A DNA stretch of 64,000 bases from Moniliella sp. 'wahieum' (taxonomy: Eukaryota), in the NCBI GenBank assembly GCA_003971905.1, contig RSEE01000003.1:1240001-1304000 (forward strand). The letters are read 5' to 3'. This document shows positions 62,644 through 64,000 of the stretch, piece by piece. The notes beneath the pieces were generated by a model that saw nothing but the letters and a program-made list of their open reading frames with translations, searched no databases and had not been told where the DNA came from. The translations under genes and the position numbers were made by a program. The first letter of the stretch is position 1. Each line of letters opens with the position of its first letter.

Positions 62644-64000
62644 GGTCGCGGCAGGCGATTAAGGTGAATAGCGTCGAAGCTAATGCAGCGGGATGGATCG
62701 CAGGTCAGCAGCTGGGGCTTGAGAGCTGGACTGAAGAATTAGTAGAGGGTGCACCTATGACAATAGTTCTCCTGCCTTTCGGTCTCGCTCGGCCCGCTCT
62801 GGTCCTACTCGCCCCAAGCGGAATGCTCCGTTGGGTTCTGCGTACCAATGCCAAGGGATGTGGTTGCAAGTTGCTTACCTGGCCGGCAGTGCTTGCCGAT
62901 TGTGTGGGGCGTGGTGCAAAGTGCCGTAAGCCTGTGGCGCTTCCCACCTCTCAGAGTGAGATCTCAGACTGGAATCTCGTATCTCCGTCACAGATTTGTG
63001 GCAGCCCAAGCCAAAATCCGAACGCCCAAAGCTTATAATTGCCTGTGTCCCTCACTTTTTGTCTTCATCGCATGTGCTCTCCCTCCGCGCTCGGCGCTCC
63101 GAGAGGCTGAGGAGGCTCGGCAGGGCTCGGCTGGCTCGGGGCTGGCGCTCAGCCGCTCAGCTAAAGTTGCTCAGTACGTATCAGGGATGCATGATGTGCA
63201 TGATGGTAGAACTCAAATTGGCTTCGTTCTTCCTCCACGTAACCGCGTAACCACATAACCACCTGTCACAGTCACATGTCACACACTAAAGTGCCCTCTA
63301 GTGCGCTCGGGACCCCATGGGGCGCAAGGCCAGTGTTATCGATTATCTCGGGCGGCTTGGACCCGGAGGGATGTACAGACAGCAGCTATGTTTTGCTCCG
63401 GCGGCGTTTGGCAACAATGGCAAGACCCATAGCACGGAGCGTACTCAGACTGAGCACTGACAGTACTGACATGGTCGATAGTATGTGCCAAAACCACCGG
63501 AGAGGACAGCGGTACATTCTTGCCGTTGGCATGCGCGCGGCACCTTCCCAAACGCAAGCGCACACTTGCGTGTCCGTGCGGTCCAAATCCTTTCCAGTCC
63601 ATATTAGTCTTTTGGTGCGCACATGCGTTGAACGTTGACGGAGAAGATGCTTCAGAAAACTTGACTAGCTTTTAGATGTGGCATGTGACATGTGAGAGCC
63701 GTATATAGCTGCTGCCGGCCAGGGCTCCTTTCATTGACCTGCCATGCCATCCCAGCCACCGCCCACCGCCCATCCTGGCACCCCGGCCCCACACTGGCCC
63801 CTCCAGCCACCCCCGGGAATCGATAAGCTTCTAGCATCGTGCTTATCTCACTGTGGCTCAGTGGCCACTAGGTCACTCCCCCGCTTATTAGCGCTTACCT
63901 CTTCTCCCTCCCCCCTTGGGGGCAGTTTCGCTTCGGCAGTGATATTCCTAGCAGAGTGCCAGTCTGCCCCACTTCTCTGCGTCGGCTGCCCCTCTCAGAT

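Noticed and set aside
63336..63640. Cys-containing minus-strand ORFs below a TATA-like box
   Set aside because: No clear ATG or signal peptide, and the Cys pattern is spread over different frames.

Overview
GC-rich eukaryotic DNA with short GT-AG introns. Gene content points to a basidiomycete fungus, probably Ustilaginomycotina (inference). Almost every conserved gene is broken by single-base indels, which suggests an unpolished long-read consensus, so CDS limits are approximate. Recognisable genes: a DCAF11/WDR23-like WD40 protein, a GPI-type chitin deacetylase, an Mbp1/Swi4-type APSES factor, an LEA-like protein, an FAH-family protein, Slt11/RBM22, an FSH1 hydrolase, a WLM protease, symplekin/Pta1, galactokinase, BolA, a multi-pass membrane protein, Ydj1, Trs23, mitochondrial EF-G2, a Gyp8-like Rab-GAP and an Rck2/Srk1 kinase. 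There are also intron-containing tRNA-Ser(GCT) and tRNA-Pro(TGG) genes. The best non-obvious element is a 1.4-kb LTR retroelement with intact ends (TGTTG...CAACA LTRs, CGCGG target-site duplication) inserted 15 bp before a putative host start codon. Other items of interest are intergenic tracts built from short palindromes, twin GNA-triloop hairpins, a micro-exon MGSC lipidation-motif gene missing from the ORF track, and a gene-poor island with degenerate ORFs. I found no convincing new multi-gene system.
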